Made by a program: the position numbers and the translations under genes. DNA of 64,000 nt from Takakia lepidozioides. Its lineage: Eukaryota > Plantae > Bryophyta. The stretch covers positions 56,730,001 through 56,794,000 of the forward strand of contig CM060732.1 of the NCBI GenBank assembly GCA_030704615.1. The letters run 5' to 3'. Below are positions 1-12,425 of this stretch, one piece after another (the stretch's first letter is position 1; the number at the start of each line of letters is the position of its first letter). The notes under the pieces are model-generated. The model was not told where the DNA came from, ran no database searches, and saw nothing but the letters and a program-made list of their open reading frames with translations.

Positions 1-256
1 TTCAGTAGACTTCAATCACATGTTCCTGCTAAAGAAGGGAAGAGAAAGGACTGTTTGAAAGGCAATCAGACAGACTGTATGACCTGAACAACAGTGAATG
101 ACGGTACCGTCATTCACCCACTCAATGTGCGGTAAACCCTTTACAGAGGAGTAGAAAGCAAATCACCGTTGTTTCATGGTGATGGTCGGTAGCGACAATC
201 CCTTTCTGGGACATTCCACTCAATCTCTACGTAGATCTTCAACAATGAAATGTAAG

Positions 257-577
257 TTAGAGAAAACTTACTGGCGCCTTCTTAGGTTTTGAAATTGGAT
301 CCCCTTCTGCAGCTTTCCTCTTCCCTCTCATATCTGTTGGAATTTCTGTCTGCTCTAGGGTTTCTGGACCTTCTCCCGGTTTAGCGTTCCTCGTACTTCC
401 ACCTCCTTCAGTTTCCCTGCGAGTCATCTCTGCATCCACAGGCTGGTTTCCAACGCGCACTGTTATCGCCGACTGTGTCACAGCCGCTGCCTCAGTCTCG
501 GTCTGCTCTTGTGAATCAGTCTCCGCGTTCACCTGCTGCCTTGGCCCTGTGTTCTCCAACAAACGACGCCTCGTCAT
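257..577 (-). CDS. Probable first exon of an unknown MULE accessory gene, divergent from the transposase
   Basis: 106-aa ORF with a basic NLS-like stretch (RGKRK...KPKK). A GTAAGT donor-like site lies just before the stop. No recognisable domain. Confidence 0.3.
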   Translation of the reverse strand: MTRRRLLENTGPRQQVNAETDSQEQTETEAAAVTQSAITVRVGNQPVDAEMTRRETEGGGSTRNAKPGEGPETLEQTEIPTDMRGKRKAAEGDPISKPKKAPVSFL

Positions 578-1713
578 TTGCTCTCTTGCTCTGCGTCTCT
601 CTCTAAGGGAAGTAAAAAAGAGACTTTCTTCTCTTTCGTATTGTAGAAGGAACCCTCTCCAGCTTGACTACCACTCTCCCTCTAAGCGCGAAAAGTTGAA
701 AAACGAAGTGACTCCCGATTTCTTGCGGGATTGCGTGCGTTGTTGCTTGTCTCTAGAAGCATCGGATTCCCTCTCGCGTGACCGTTACACATAGTCATTC
801 CCTTATTGGTGCACATACCAGCAATTAGTGTACAGCTGTTCGTATTCAATATAGTTATCGATGTCTGACGTGTGTCGCCCAAAATAATCGGCGTGTTCTT
901 TATTAGAACGGTTTCAATATTTAAAAATAACAGCGAATCCCAGAAATTTTGGCGCACAGTCTTGGACAAATATATGTAAATGAACGAGAGTTTGATGACA
1001 AATTTTGGGATATCATACACGTTCATCCTTGTTAGCCAACCCCACGTTCGTTTCACATTTTGAACTTTCCATGTGCGCATGATCATTGGTAGTAGTATAA
1101 AGATGCATTTACTTAATCTGCAATCCCACCCTCAGATCCTGTGGCATGCTTCAAGGAAGTCGGCTTGTTATTGTGTTTATTGATGAGGTTCTGATTAACG
1201 GTTTAACAGCTGCCGACATTGCTCCTAGGGATACTCTGACCATTGGGCCCACAAGAAAAGTAATTAAAATGGACGGTTGCATATCTGGAAGGAATAACAG
1301 AATATGCACAGTTGTCGTCTGAGCTTCCTCCGCCATATTCTCTGCTCATTCTTCAACTGTGTTCTGGAGACATCAGTAAACCGATTTACACTGAAGGTCT
1401 GCGATAGCAAGGTATCAACATACGTGAGGAAGGAAGATGGCTTCCTCTGAAGCGGAGTTCTTAACCAGTGCCGTTCTCCCAGGAAGTCCTTGACAATGGA
1501 TTTGCAATTGTTCTGGAGCATGTCTTGGCTACCCGTTTTCAGCTTTAGAATGGCTCCATCTTTTTGGAGAAAGAGGTGTACGATTTGAAATGGAAGTTGT
1601 TGAAATACTCTTTCCAAAACCGTGATGAGACGGCTCATGTCAGCCAGTGGAGAGTGCGCCCTGGTTGATACAGAGTACTTGGAGAGCCTCGGCGAAAGTC
1701 CCTTGGATCATAT

Positions 1714-4700
1714 GTGACGCCCGGGACTGCTGCTTCGTTCGTTGAAGACAAGAAGGAGGTGGTGGTGAAAAAAGAACATACGTCCTCCACTCCAATCGTT
1801 GAGCTTTCGGATTCATCCGATGATGACATAAGTGAAATTCCAAATCCAGTCCTTCCTACTGTGGTTGGAGAAGCTGATGAAGAAGAGATTTGTAGTGTCA
1901 TTCCAAAACTACGGGCGATGGGAGGAATGGCTGGATTCAAAAGTGAGTTGCGAGGAATTGATTGGGAATCTTTGAAGCAGGTGCCTGTGAAGTTCTTGCC
2001 AGAGACTTTTGATGGCGATATCCTATTCGAGCTGCCTCCTCCTCCGCGAGTTGGAGGTGTAACAATCATGATGCATGGAATGGACAAGAAACACGACGGG
2101 CACCCGTGGTGCAGAACAAAAACATCCAATATTCAGAATGATGACAAGCTTGTTTTCAGGAGAACAGTTTGCAATGGACACCTTAGGTGTGATAATTTGA
2201 ATTGCAGACACTTTGTTCAGTCTGGGGTTCATAATCAAAGCGAATGGGAGGGTCTGGCGGAAAATCCATTTCAGCCTGGGACTGCCCCACCACCGGCAAA
2301 CACTTTCGTCTGCAAATTCTGCAAACTTGTGCCATCCTGCTTGGCACTCTGCGGAGCAAGAATGTACTATGTTGTCCACCGTTTGAAAACAATGACAAGA
2401 GCTTGTGTGCATTTCGGATTCCATAACCATCCTGTCTCGAAGGGGGATTACAGGGAGAGTGTTGAGACAGTATCGAGGTTGATTAAACAGGAGTTCGGGA
2501 GAAACCCATCCGCAACAACATCTACAATTGCTCTTGGCGCAAGCAAGTCCTTCTTGGAAAGCCATATTTTGAGTGAAGGGGATTCTGTGGGGACTAAACT
2601 TGACGGTGCAGCATTGGACCTGGTCATGGATCATTTCTCCACTTTGAGTTCACCTAACATTCGGCATCAGATCAATGCATTAAGAATGGGCTCTGGTATC
2701 AGAGGCTACATAGACAACATTTTGGAGTTGAAACGAGTGAGCAAGTACGATTACATCCAGGACAATGTATTCCCAGGTCAAGGTGCCATCAAAGTTTTTC
2801 TTTTCAAAATGTCGACTGTTGGGGAGGGTAGTGGGGTTAGCCTCATGAAGCGGATGCAGAAGACTGGGGACTTGCAGAACTCTTTTCTTATGTTTGATCA
2901 TGTGAAACGAGTGAAGGATTGGACGACAATGGCTTGTCATGTCTACGATCCAGTGTACCAACGAGTTATGACAATTGCAGTTTGTGACATGCAATCCGAG
3001 GATACGGAATCCCAGAAGCTCATGTGGAATTCCCTGATACGTGTCATGGGCTGCCATGGGCTGCCATCTCCAAATTTTACAAGTTTCATGGCGGATAGTG
3101 CTCAAGCAAATTTCAATGTTGTTCGTATTGTCTTCGGATCGGGCGACCCAAAAGTGCCTATGCGGAAGAGAGCGTACTTGTCTATTCCATTGGACACAAT
3201 CTCTAGAAAAACATACAAAGTCGGACATCAAACCAGAGATGCGGACTCAGCACCGTAAATTGTGCAAAGAGTACAAAGATGCTAGAACAATGAAGGATGC
3301 GGACACTTTGTTCCAGACAATTCGTGCCTGGTGGTTCTCTTCTGGAGCTGCATCACTTGAGAGTATGAGAGCATTGGAAGATTGGCTGGCGTTTTGGCAC
3401 TTCCGGTATAGACAGTGAGGAGCAGCCATGGCAGTGGTACGAGGCTTATATTTCTTGTTTTATTCATACATTTACTTTCCATTTTATTGTCTCATCGCTT
3501 TCTTTATGTTGTTTCCTGTTCACTGTTTTGAAGTGTGGTTCTCCACTTTGCAGAACATGTCCATTGAGGAAATGGCGGACATGCCATCTTGCAATTTGGC
3601 AGAAACTGTGCACAACGCATGGTTGCAGCAGTCTGGGAAACGAGGTCGGGATTTGTATGTGGCAACAACAGATGATTTGATACGTGCCTTGCAACAACAA
3701 ACCCGATTCCGTGATTTCTTGCGAGGTGGGGTTGGTGGCAAGGGTCCGGACAAATGGGAGTTGATGTTGCGTGCTGCAAACAGATCTGGGGATCCAATCA
3801 AGATAACACGGGCGATGAGCATGTATGCCCAGGGAACGCCACTTGTTTCTAGAGTTCCACATCTTGAAGGGGAGGAGAGATTCGGCTCCTGTAAGAGGAA
3901 ATTGAACACCCCACTTGGTTCGGATTCCGATTCACACAGGGCAGACCGTAACAACTTCTCGAAGCCTCGTGTTCCCCTGCATGACAGCTCCATGTCCGGA
4001 ACCTCCGTTCTAGAGGAACCTCCAACACGACGGCAAGCTCCAGCATCAAACAGTGCCACTGAAATGGTGCAGGAGAGAAACAACCCCCTTGATGTGCTTG
4101 AGTCCGCATGCCCCGACCACGTTTGGCACATAGAACGCACAAGTGCAGGGTCTCGTGTGAAATGTACAGCGATCAGCGCAACTAATTTCGAGAAGTGCAC
4201 TTCATCTATATCCAGAGGTGGTGCCCAAACTCCTGCTCCGACTTTCACGGGTTTGATACGTCCATACGGTCAACCAGAAGCCAAGAACCACAAGTTCTGG
4301 TTCTGCGCAGATGATTGTGCCAGATGTGTGCATGGAACTGTGCGTCCTTCTGTAGTGATGAAGCCATCTCCTCCAACCGTTTGGCCCGTGAAGGTGGGAA
4401 CACATCTCAGATTTCAGGAGATTGAAATGCTGGAGGAGGCAGGCTTTTCCCTTGCGAGACAACCCCAACTCCATGCATGTGCTACTACTTCTGCGTCCTC
4501 CCGGGTCCCCCCGGCAAATCCTGACTTGTGGCCAACCAAACGAGATAGAAAGCTCGTTCGGCGTTTCCCTCCAACCGCTGAACACTTTGGCAAAGTGGAG
4601 TCCGCAAGAATGCTCCAAGCTCGTGTTGGAAGCACCACGGAAGTACCTGATCCAGGATATGGTCGAGTATTCACAATCATCACTTCCACATCTGTTGTTC

Positions 4701-4937
4701 ATGACAGGACCTACGACATCACGATTTCCAATTTCCCCAATTGCAGATGTCCTGATTTTGTGAATATGCTATCAACCAGTTTGGGCAAGAGAGGTAAATT
4801 CATACCCTGCAAACATTTGTATTTCATATTTTGAAGAGGATGGTTTGCGATCCCAACGTGACAACTTCATTCACCAGGCCACTATGAGTTTCAACGAGGT
4901 CGATACTATATTGCAGCGGGATACAACACATGGGTAG
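1714..4937 (+). pseudogene. MULE transposase: GCM/WRKY-like Zn domain + DDE core + SWIM finger, disrupted
   Basis: N-terminal Zn domain CNGHLRCDNLNC...CKFC...C...HFGFHNHP. Catalytic-like FD, MADSA, CLFHW and CNLAE motifs. C-terminal CRCPDF...CKH SWIM finger. Frameshift near 3162, TGA at 3416, in-frame GT-AG intron 3437-3553, further frameshifts near 4830-4860. Confidence 0.8.
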
Positions 4938-5384
4938 CATCAACTATGCAATGTGGTATGTGGACGACCATGATTTGAAATGTGTAATTCACATCAATTC
5001 GTCGGCAGTGCAATGATATGGCCTCCAATTATACTGAGTGAGCTCTGAGTGGCAACTTTTAAAAGCACATTTGTCATTGCACCGTTCGAAGTCTACATGT
5101 CTTGCTGTCGCTATGCACTACAATCATCTTTTGAAGATGATCCTAACTCTCATTGTTATTTGAGGAGGGAGGAAGGTCTTCCCGTGGCAGCCTCTATGGC
5201 GCACACTTTGTGAGGATATTTTCTCGTCCTCGTAATTGTAAAAGTGAAACAAGCATTTGTAATTGCACAATGTTGGATGCTACAATTGTAGGCCTCATGG
5301 TAGTCTTGATTCTATTTAGGCAAGATTCCCTACATTAATTCCACGGTCATAGGACCATCTTCGGTTATAGGCGGCGCATGTTAA

Positions 5385-5563
5385 TGTTGACGTGGCAGAT
5401 GATGGACAGTGCCACATCATCATTTGCTGCCACATCAGCATGCTGACATGACGCTCATGCCACGTCAGCGTGGGTGCAGGCTCACGCCACGTCAGCTGGC
5501 ATGAGCGTACGCTCATGCCACGTCACTCCTGCGTGAGCGTACGCTCACGCCATTGCGTCGTTG
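5385..5563. repeat. MULE subterminal repeats and palindromes
   Basis: Repeated GCCAC(G/A)TCA motifs and palindromes gcatgagcgtacgctcatgc and gcgtgagcgtacgctcacgc. Confidence 0.7.
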
Positions 5564-7019
5564 GGGCTGGCGGACCCAAAAGGACCAGACCTACAACGGA
5601 TACGGTTCCAGACCCAAGGACCAGACCAACGGAGTAGGCCAATGGAGCGGACGGCAGCCACATCTAACCCAGCAGACCCATGAAGCAGACCCATACAACC
5701 TTTTTGCTATAGACCCATAGACTTGGTGTGTTCAGAGCATCGCAAGCAGACCAACGACACTTACTTTTGTTTGTTACATAGCTCCGCAACTTTGCTCTCC
5801 ACTTCCAAGCAGACCTTCCGGTCAGCACTCATGTATACTCCGGACTTCGGTTTTTTTGCAACGCTTTTTTGGGGGGGAAATTATTTTTACCCTCGGGTCT
5901 GCCACGCCATATGGTATGCGCTTCTTCCCAGCTCTATTTGGTGAAGCAGGTTCCTCCAACTTCTTTTCCAATGCAACAGCCGCCTCCTTCATACAGTCTC
6001 GGAGCTGGCTAGCTCGGCTTCGCAACAAAATTTTATCCTGGGGTTTATTAACACTTTGTGGTCCCGTTCTAGACGCTTCCTGCACTCCATGGGTCGAACT
6101 GGCCCCTACGGTGGGGGTTATCACTACTGGTACACCCTTTGTGCTTGACCGCATGTTGAGCACCTGCAACGGACCACGAGCTGAGACCTCAGACGCCACA
6201 ACCTTCACACGAATATCAGACAACAAAACATCAGCAATGACCACCCAAATGCACTGGGAAAAAAAAATGGACTGCAAAAATGCAATGGAATCAGACCTTT
6301 GTGGGCGCTGTGGGTGTCTGCAATTGCACCACTCCTGTGGCAGGTACATCTTCGACTACAATGACTGGTTTCACAGAATGAGAAGGGACAGAAACATGTG
6401 CATGTGTTTCGACAAGGTCTGATGAATGGTCTGCTATGGGGTCGAACATGCGGAGCACCCTATCAACGGATTGGTCTATTGCCAGTAGTGGGTCTACAGA
6501 CGAGTTGGGGTCCACAAAAGTAAGCGGCAAAACGGCCAAAGATGCATCCCCATCTGCAGTAGACCCTGCCTCTAACAGATGGGGAAGGTCACCGACCAAA
6601 CTGTCACAGTCATAGTCCATTGTTGCAATTGCAGAATTGGTCTGTACTATGGATAAATGAGCACTGACGCCTTCCCGGTTCTGTTCAGGCAGTGCTATGT
6701 TAGAAGGTCTGGTGGCAAGGGTAAGGTCCACTACCATTCTCTGCTTCTCAGCAGATGTTGCAGTGGGGTGGAAAGGAATTGCTCCTCTCATTTTTGGCAA
6801 CTCGTATGTGCTTGGGAGGATGGGCGTTGCTTCCTGGGTTATCGCCAGGTCTCCAGATGGTCTGATGTCCTGCACTGGCAAGGTCTGCTGATGTTGGAAT
6901 GGTGAGGTGTTGGCGTCCATACCTGCGTCGTGATCCACTTCTGCGGTGCATTTGTCAAGCAATGTACCAGCCAAGGTGTCCTCCGGCAAGGTCTGATCTT
7001 CTCTCCTCTGCTCCAGCAA

Positions 7020-7280
7020 GGTCTGATCAGGTCTGCACTGGTCGGGAAATGTCTGCTCTGAGACGGTCTGGTGTGGTCTGGTATCCTTTGGTCTTTTGGG
7101 GTATGGCCTGTTGTGCACTCGGATCGTCTGGAGTCCTGCGCTGTGGTCTGGTCTGCTGTGGTCTGCTCTTGTCTTGTCTGGTGTGGGGTGGTCTGGTCTG
7201 ATTTGGTGTGGTCTGGTCGTGTCTGGTCTTGTCGGGTCTGCTGTGGTGTGCTCTAGCCTGCACTGGTCTGCTCAGGTATG
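7020..7280. repeat. Degenerate (GGTCT)n / CAGAC low-complexity array
   Basis: Directly visible ggtctg/gtctgg repeats; a similar agacca array is at 9080-9480. Confidence 0.8.
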
Positions 7281-8089
7281 ATTTCCACTGCAGCGGTCTG
7301 CTTCGTCAATTTGGAAAGGTCTGCCCATGTCCGATCTGGAAGTTGTTATCTGCAAAGGTCTGCATAACCAAGGTCTCCCCGGTAATTTCGGGTAAGGTGT
7401 GCAATGCCTCCACGAAAGTCTGTTTTGGCAACGAAAAGTTTTTGTCACCCACATTCTCTGGCTTGGGATCACTGGCAATCCAGTCGGGGGTCTGCTGGTT
7501 GGCATGTTGGTACTTGGGATTTGGCTGGCAAGGGTCTGCTCGCTGCGGGTCTCCTGGGTCTCTATGGGAGTTGGGTTCTGTGTGTCTGCTGTTGTACGAA
7601 CTCCAATGAGCTTACACTTAACGGGTGACTCGACTCCAGTATGGCCACGGAGGGCTCGTAGAAGCTGCCTTGCGCCATTGGCGTACTGGTCAAGAGCATT
7701 CCGAACAAGCTCGTCCTCTGGATCATACTCTGCAACATGTCACAAACACGTCAAAAACAAAGCACTCATCCCTGGTCTGCTAACAAACGGAAGAATACAT
7801 GGGGGTTTGATTCACATGGGGCTCTGTTGGTTGTCATGGTTCATAAAGTCTGCTAGAAGGTCCTTGTTCGTGGTCAACGTCAAGGTCTGTTTAAAAGGTC
7901 TGTTCAAAAGGTCTGTGTAACTGTTTAAAAGGTTGGTGTAAAAGGTCTGTTAACAAGGTCTGTTAGGTTTGATGACATACCGTGATCTAGGACTGTGGTC
8001 CACAGCCCAATATCTTTCATAAGCCGATCCATGAAGGCCTCGTCAAGCTCTCCTAGAGCTGCAACACGGTCCTCTGCTGGAAACCCGCT

Positions 8090-9022
8090 CTAGAGCACTT
8101 GGAAAGCATGTCGTTTGTTGAATGCAATGTCGAAAACCGCACGCTCCTGCACAGTCACAAACCACATCATGGCGTCTCGTTTGATACTTTCCCAAGCCTC
8201 TTCGCTTCCGTGCATCAGGTCCATCCACAGGTTGTGAAGGTCTTTTTTTAATTTGGTGTAAGACCTGAAATTGCCAAATTGCATCCATTGACGGCGGAGG
8301 AAACAATCTGCCATCTCCTCAAAAGCAGTCTCTGTCAAGCTCGCTAAGTGCTTCGGACGAACACCAAATATTGGGTGGGCGATGGCCATGTGCCTTATCT
8401 CCAATGGGCGTGGGTCGTGCATGAGAAAGAGCTGCGCAATAAGCGGTGGCTCGGTCTCCTCTGCCAGAAGTGCCACTCCATACTCACGGGCTTTGTCCAA
8501 AACACGAGTCGCCTCCTCCGCCGTGAACTCCATTGAGGAGTGTTGCGGAGCAAAGGTCCACCGGGAGGCGACGATGCAGTGAAGCTCATTGTACCAGTCC
8601 AGATGCCGATTGCTTTCCCCACAACAAAACCTCGGAAGAGTGGGGTCCTCCTCATCAGTTGCAGACCGCTGTGGAGGACGCCATGGTCTGTCAAATGGGA
8701 AAACAGTTCGACCACGCAATGTGGTCTACTGAGGGTCTGCTGAAGAGGTACGAAGGTCCGCTGGAGGATGGGTCACGGAAGAAAGGTCCACTGAGCCGGG
8801 TCTGCTAGTCTGACCGGCGCTGTCAAAAGCCTTTACAACAGACGGAGGGAGGCCTGTTGCGCGGCCAGTGGTACCATCCTGAATTGATGCAATGGCATCA
8901 GCCGACTGTGGATACAAACTCAAGATATAGTCACGAATATCACGGACCTCATTCCGGACAAGTGTATTTTCCAAGGGAGGACCGTTCAACCTGTACTTCC
9001 AGATTTGCAAAGCCCTGTACAC
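8090..9022 (-). CDS. Unknown protein segments (ORFs 8726-9022 and 8090-8719), probably parts of one TE gene
   Basis: Consecutive minus-strand ORFs with globular-looking composition; no family recognised. Confidence 0.35.
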
Positions 9023-9523
9023 TCAGTTGTCTTGCGCATTCGCCTCCTGAAAACAAACATCAATAGTGGCCTTCACATTAGACCAATAGACCATAGAGCA
9101 GTAGACCATAGACTAGTAGATTGGGCCTGACAGCAGACCAGTAGACCATACACCAGTAGGCCATTACAGTAGACCAGTAGAGCATAGTAGTAGACCATAG
9201 TCGTGGACCCATGCAGCAGACCACAGCCACGGCAGTAGTGCGCCTTTCAAAGCAACTGCAGTACCATGTTGCGCAAAGCAGACCCAAAACAGTAGACGGT
9301 TCGCAGCAGACCACATATATAATAATAATAATAAAACACTATGATTTTCAACAGGGGAAAGTAGTCGCACGGTTCTGGACCTATAGAGCAGACCACAGCC
9401 AGAACAAGTAATGCAGTACCATGTACAGAATAGCAGACCCAGAACAGTAGACCGATAGCAGCGGGCCACACATACAACACCCAGCATAGCATATCACTAA
9501 TTGCAACCAGGAAATCGAAAGAC

Positions 9524-10681
9524 TCAAATACGGTAGGACGGCAGAAAGAGTGGTTGAAGTACCTGGAGGCCGTTGTAGTCTTCATCCCTTGGGTGCGATT
9601 GTGCCTCCACCCACTTCTTCTCGGCTGTGTCAATGGTCTGTTGTATCTGCCCTGATCTCATATAAGCATACAAAAAAGGGAAAAAGTCCGGATCTGATTC
9701 ATCTGGGTACTGGTCTGGCAGAAGACCGTGGGGAAGCAGGTACAATGTGTCAGGGCGGACAGGGGTGCCCGTTACATCTCCATGAGCGTCAGTCAAGGTC
9801 TGTTGTTTCTTGGTCTGCTTGTTGGGTCTGATATGTGGTGGGCGTCGTGGGTCTGTTTGAGGGTGTGATTCCTCCATGGGGATGTCCGAGTCAAGGGTTA
9901 TGTCATGTACCGGCGGGGCGTACCCAATGGGGTCGTTCACCAAGTACGATCTCACAAGTAGTCCCGGCCGCTCCTTCGACATGTCCTGAACATGATCCTC
10001 CTCTTCATGAGAGTCTTCCTCATTTGAGTCATCCCCACTGGACGACAAAGTTGAAACGGCAGCCTGTGGTCTGCTGGTGTTGGTCTGCTGGGACTGACCT
10101 GGTTGCAATTCTTTGCTACTCACTCTCATATCCCGTGGTCTGCCAGTACTGGTACTACCAGATCTGTGACTTTTGCGGTCTACATTTTTTTTAGCTCCAT
10201 CACTGAGCTTCATTTTCTTCACTGGCACAACGAGGCCGGGGCTCAGCAGGCCGGCTTCAGTGTAATAATGCTGCCGCACTTCCTTAGCAGACCGAGCGAC
10301 GGCATGCGCACCCCTACACTTTGCAGTGATTTCTTTTGCGGCCTTAGATGAACTTGGCTTGGGCCAAGGCTTGAAGTTCTCAGGGACCATACCTTTGCAT
10401 CCTCCATCAAGGGCATGGCGGTTTAGAGTCTCTTTGTCCTTGACAATATTGGGGCAAAAGGGGCACTGAAACCGATCCTTTGGCCAGTTCTCTTTCTCCT
10501 TCGCTACGCGCAAGTCCAAAAATGCTTCTACTATTTTAGCATCGTACTCAGTTGGCTCATACCAGTACCTTCTCTTGGCTTTGTGGCGAGGGGCATGCAC
10601 ATATTCCACCCAATTGGCTCCGCCCTTTGGGCAAGCTTCTTCCATGGCTGCAACCGAAGGAGGAATTGTGTCAGCGTGCAT
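9524..10681 (-). CDS. Unknown 385-aa protein with a C2H-type Zn finger
   Basis: ATG-initiated ORF containing FQCPFCPNIVKDKETLNRHALDGGC. Confidence 0.5.
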   Translation of the reverse strand: MHADTIPPSVAAMEEACPKGGANWVEYVHAPRHKAKRRYWYEPTEYDAKIVEAFLDLRVAKEKENWPKDRFQCPFCPNIVKDKETLNRHALDGGCKGMVPENFKPWPKPSSSKAAKEITAKCRGAHAVARSAKEVRQHYYTEAGLLSPGLVVPVKKMKLSDGAKKNVDRKSHRSGSTSTGRPRDMRVSSKELQPGQSQQTNTSRPQAAVSTLSSSGDDSNEEDSHEEEDHVQDMSKERPGLLVRSYLVNDPIGYAPPVHDITLDSDIPMEESHPQTDPRRPPHIRPNKQTKKQQTLTDAHGDVTGTPVRPDTLYLLPHGLLPDQYPDESDPDFFPFLYAYMRSGQIQQTIDTAEKKWVEAQSHPRDEDYNGLQVLQPLFLPSYRI

Positions 10682-11834
10682 GCGGAGACGCTGTGTAGAA
10701 GTTAGGCTCAGACTTTTATCATGGCTGGATTTTGTTGACAGTGTTCTAGCACTTAACTCTCTGGGATTCTATTCTATTTTGTCGAGCTTGAATCCCCAAT
10801 GGTACTTCTTTCACTACACTAGTGGTATGTGTTCCTCTAGTCATGTTCATAATCACTTGCACATCACTGTAATAGTGGTATAATTTAAAATTGTGGGAGT
10901 AGCCAAATGCACACAATTGCCTACATTACCACTCGTATAGTGGTATAAGTAGTCACATATATATTACTGTATTAGTGGTATGAATTCCTCCAGTGGTATT
11001 CCTAATCACTTACACACCACTTTGTTAGTAATCACTCCAATCCATAGTTCCCACTCAGAGAGACACCATGGATGACTCAAACAGCTTACACACCACTCTG
11101 TGGGTAATCACTCCAATGACCTGTTGAGAGACGTCATCCACTCATATAACCACTCTGTGAGTGATATTGTATATTCTCAGTTTTCATAGAATGACTCTAT
11201 GAGTCATTTTGTGATCACTCAACAAGTGGTTTCGGAAGTCATTGAATTTTTCACTCCATCCATTTCGTAGCACTGACACACGACACGTGCACATGCTGAG
11301 AGTGTCGCCACGTGTCGACATAATCTCCAATATCATCCACGGACCACCGGCTTACAAGTGTCCACTACAAAACGGAAGTGGTTACCTTACCACTATGACA
11401 CGTCAGTTTTCCACTGTGACACGTCATAAGTAGTTGGTTTACCTCAGTGACACGTCAGCTAACAGGTGGACCTGGACGTGAGTGGTTCGAACCACTGTCC
11501 TTAACCACTGGTGCCACGTAATGTCTTTTACCACTCACTTGTCCTAATCCACTGGTTCTGAAACCAGCAAGGTTCGGGTGTTTGCCATTGAGTTTAGTGG
11601 CGTGTTTGGGGAGTCTAAATGAGAAAGAATGCTTGGTTTGTGGCAACCATCTTCGTCATGGCTTAGGGCTACTATTGGTGGTGTGTGGGAGCCGAAAAGA
11701 ACAAGAATACATTGTTGATTCCTCACAGCCGCCATAGCTCGGTGCAAAGAAGCCAAGAGTCCAAGAGACACAAACCCTAGCTTGGCGTGGCTAAACCACT
11801 TGGAAAAATGGCTAAACTGCCATGAGCGGCCATG

Positions 11835-12425
11835 GACGGGCTGTGACAGGTTGTGGCATGTGGGGCTGTGACAGGTTGTGACAGGCTGTGGCCTGTGGAG
11901 TTGTGACGGGCTGTCACAGGCTGTGGCTTGTGGGGCTATGACCCTGTGACCTGTGTAGGGCTGTGACAAGTTGTGACCTGTGGCCTATGAAGCTGTGACG
12001 GACTGTCACAGGCTGTGACGGGCTGTGACATGTGGCCTGTGGGGCTGTGCCAGACTGTGATAGGCTGTGATGGGCTGTGACTTGTGGCCTTTGGGGCTTC
12101 GACGGGCTCTGGCCTATGGGGCTGTGACCCTGTGACTTGTGTAGGGCTGTGACAGGCTGTGACCTGTGGCATGTGGGGCTGTGATGGGCTATGACCCTGT
12201 GACCTGTGTAGGGCTGTGATAGGTTGTGACGGGTTGTGGCCTATGTGGGGATGTGACGGGCTGTGATGGCTGTGACCTGTGGGGCTGTGATCAGCTGTGA
12301 CGGGCTGTGGCCTGTGGGGCTGTGATGGGCTGTGACCTGTGGCCTGTGTGGGGCTATGATGGCTGTGACTTGTGATTTGCATGGGCCTGTGTTGACCTGT
12401 GGACGGCCTGTGCTGACCTGTGGAG
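11835..12425. repeat. GGCTGTGA-based degenerate tandem array
   Basis: Dozens of ggctgtga/cctgtg units. Confidence 0.85.

Larger units (their letters stand above)
1..5563 (+). mobile_element. Mutator-like (MULE) DNA transposon, right part; left end lies outside the window
   Basis: Contains a MULE-type transposase. Ends in ...gctcacgccattgcgtcgttg (5563), nearly the same terminus as the TSD-flanked element ending at 40232 (...gctcacgcggtagcgtcgttg). Confidence 0.75.
5564..11580 (-). mobile_element. Unclassified TE-like segment with minus-strand ORFs and subterminal-type repeats
   Basis: Lies between the MULE end and the leader of retroelement copy A. CAGACC-rich. ACCACT/AGTGGT and TGACACGTCA repeats at 10800-11530. 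No TIR or TSD identified, so the boundaries are approximate. Confidence 0.35.

Noticed and set aside
1264-1713. N-terminal extension of the MULE transposase through four in-frame stops
   Set aside because: The stops could be C>T decay products, but four stops in 150 codons is not clearly different from non-coding sequence.
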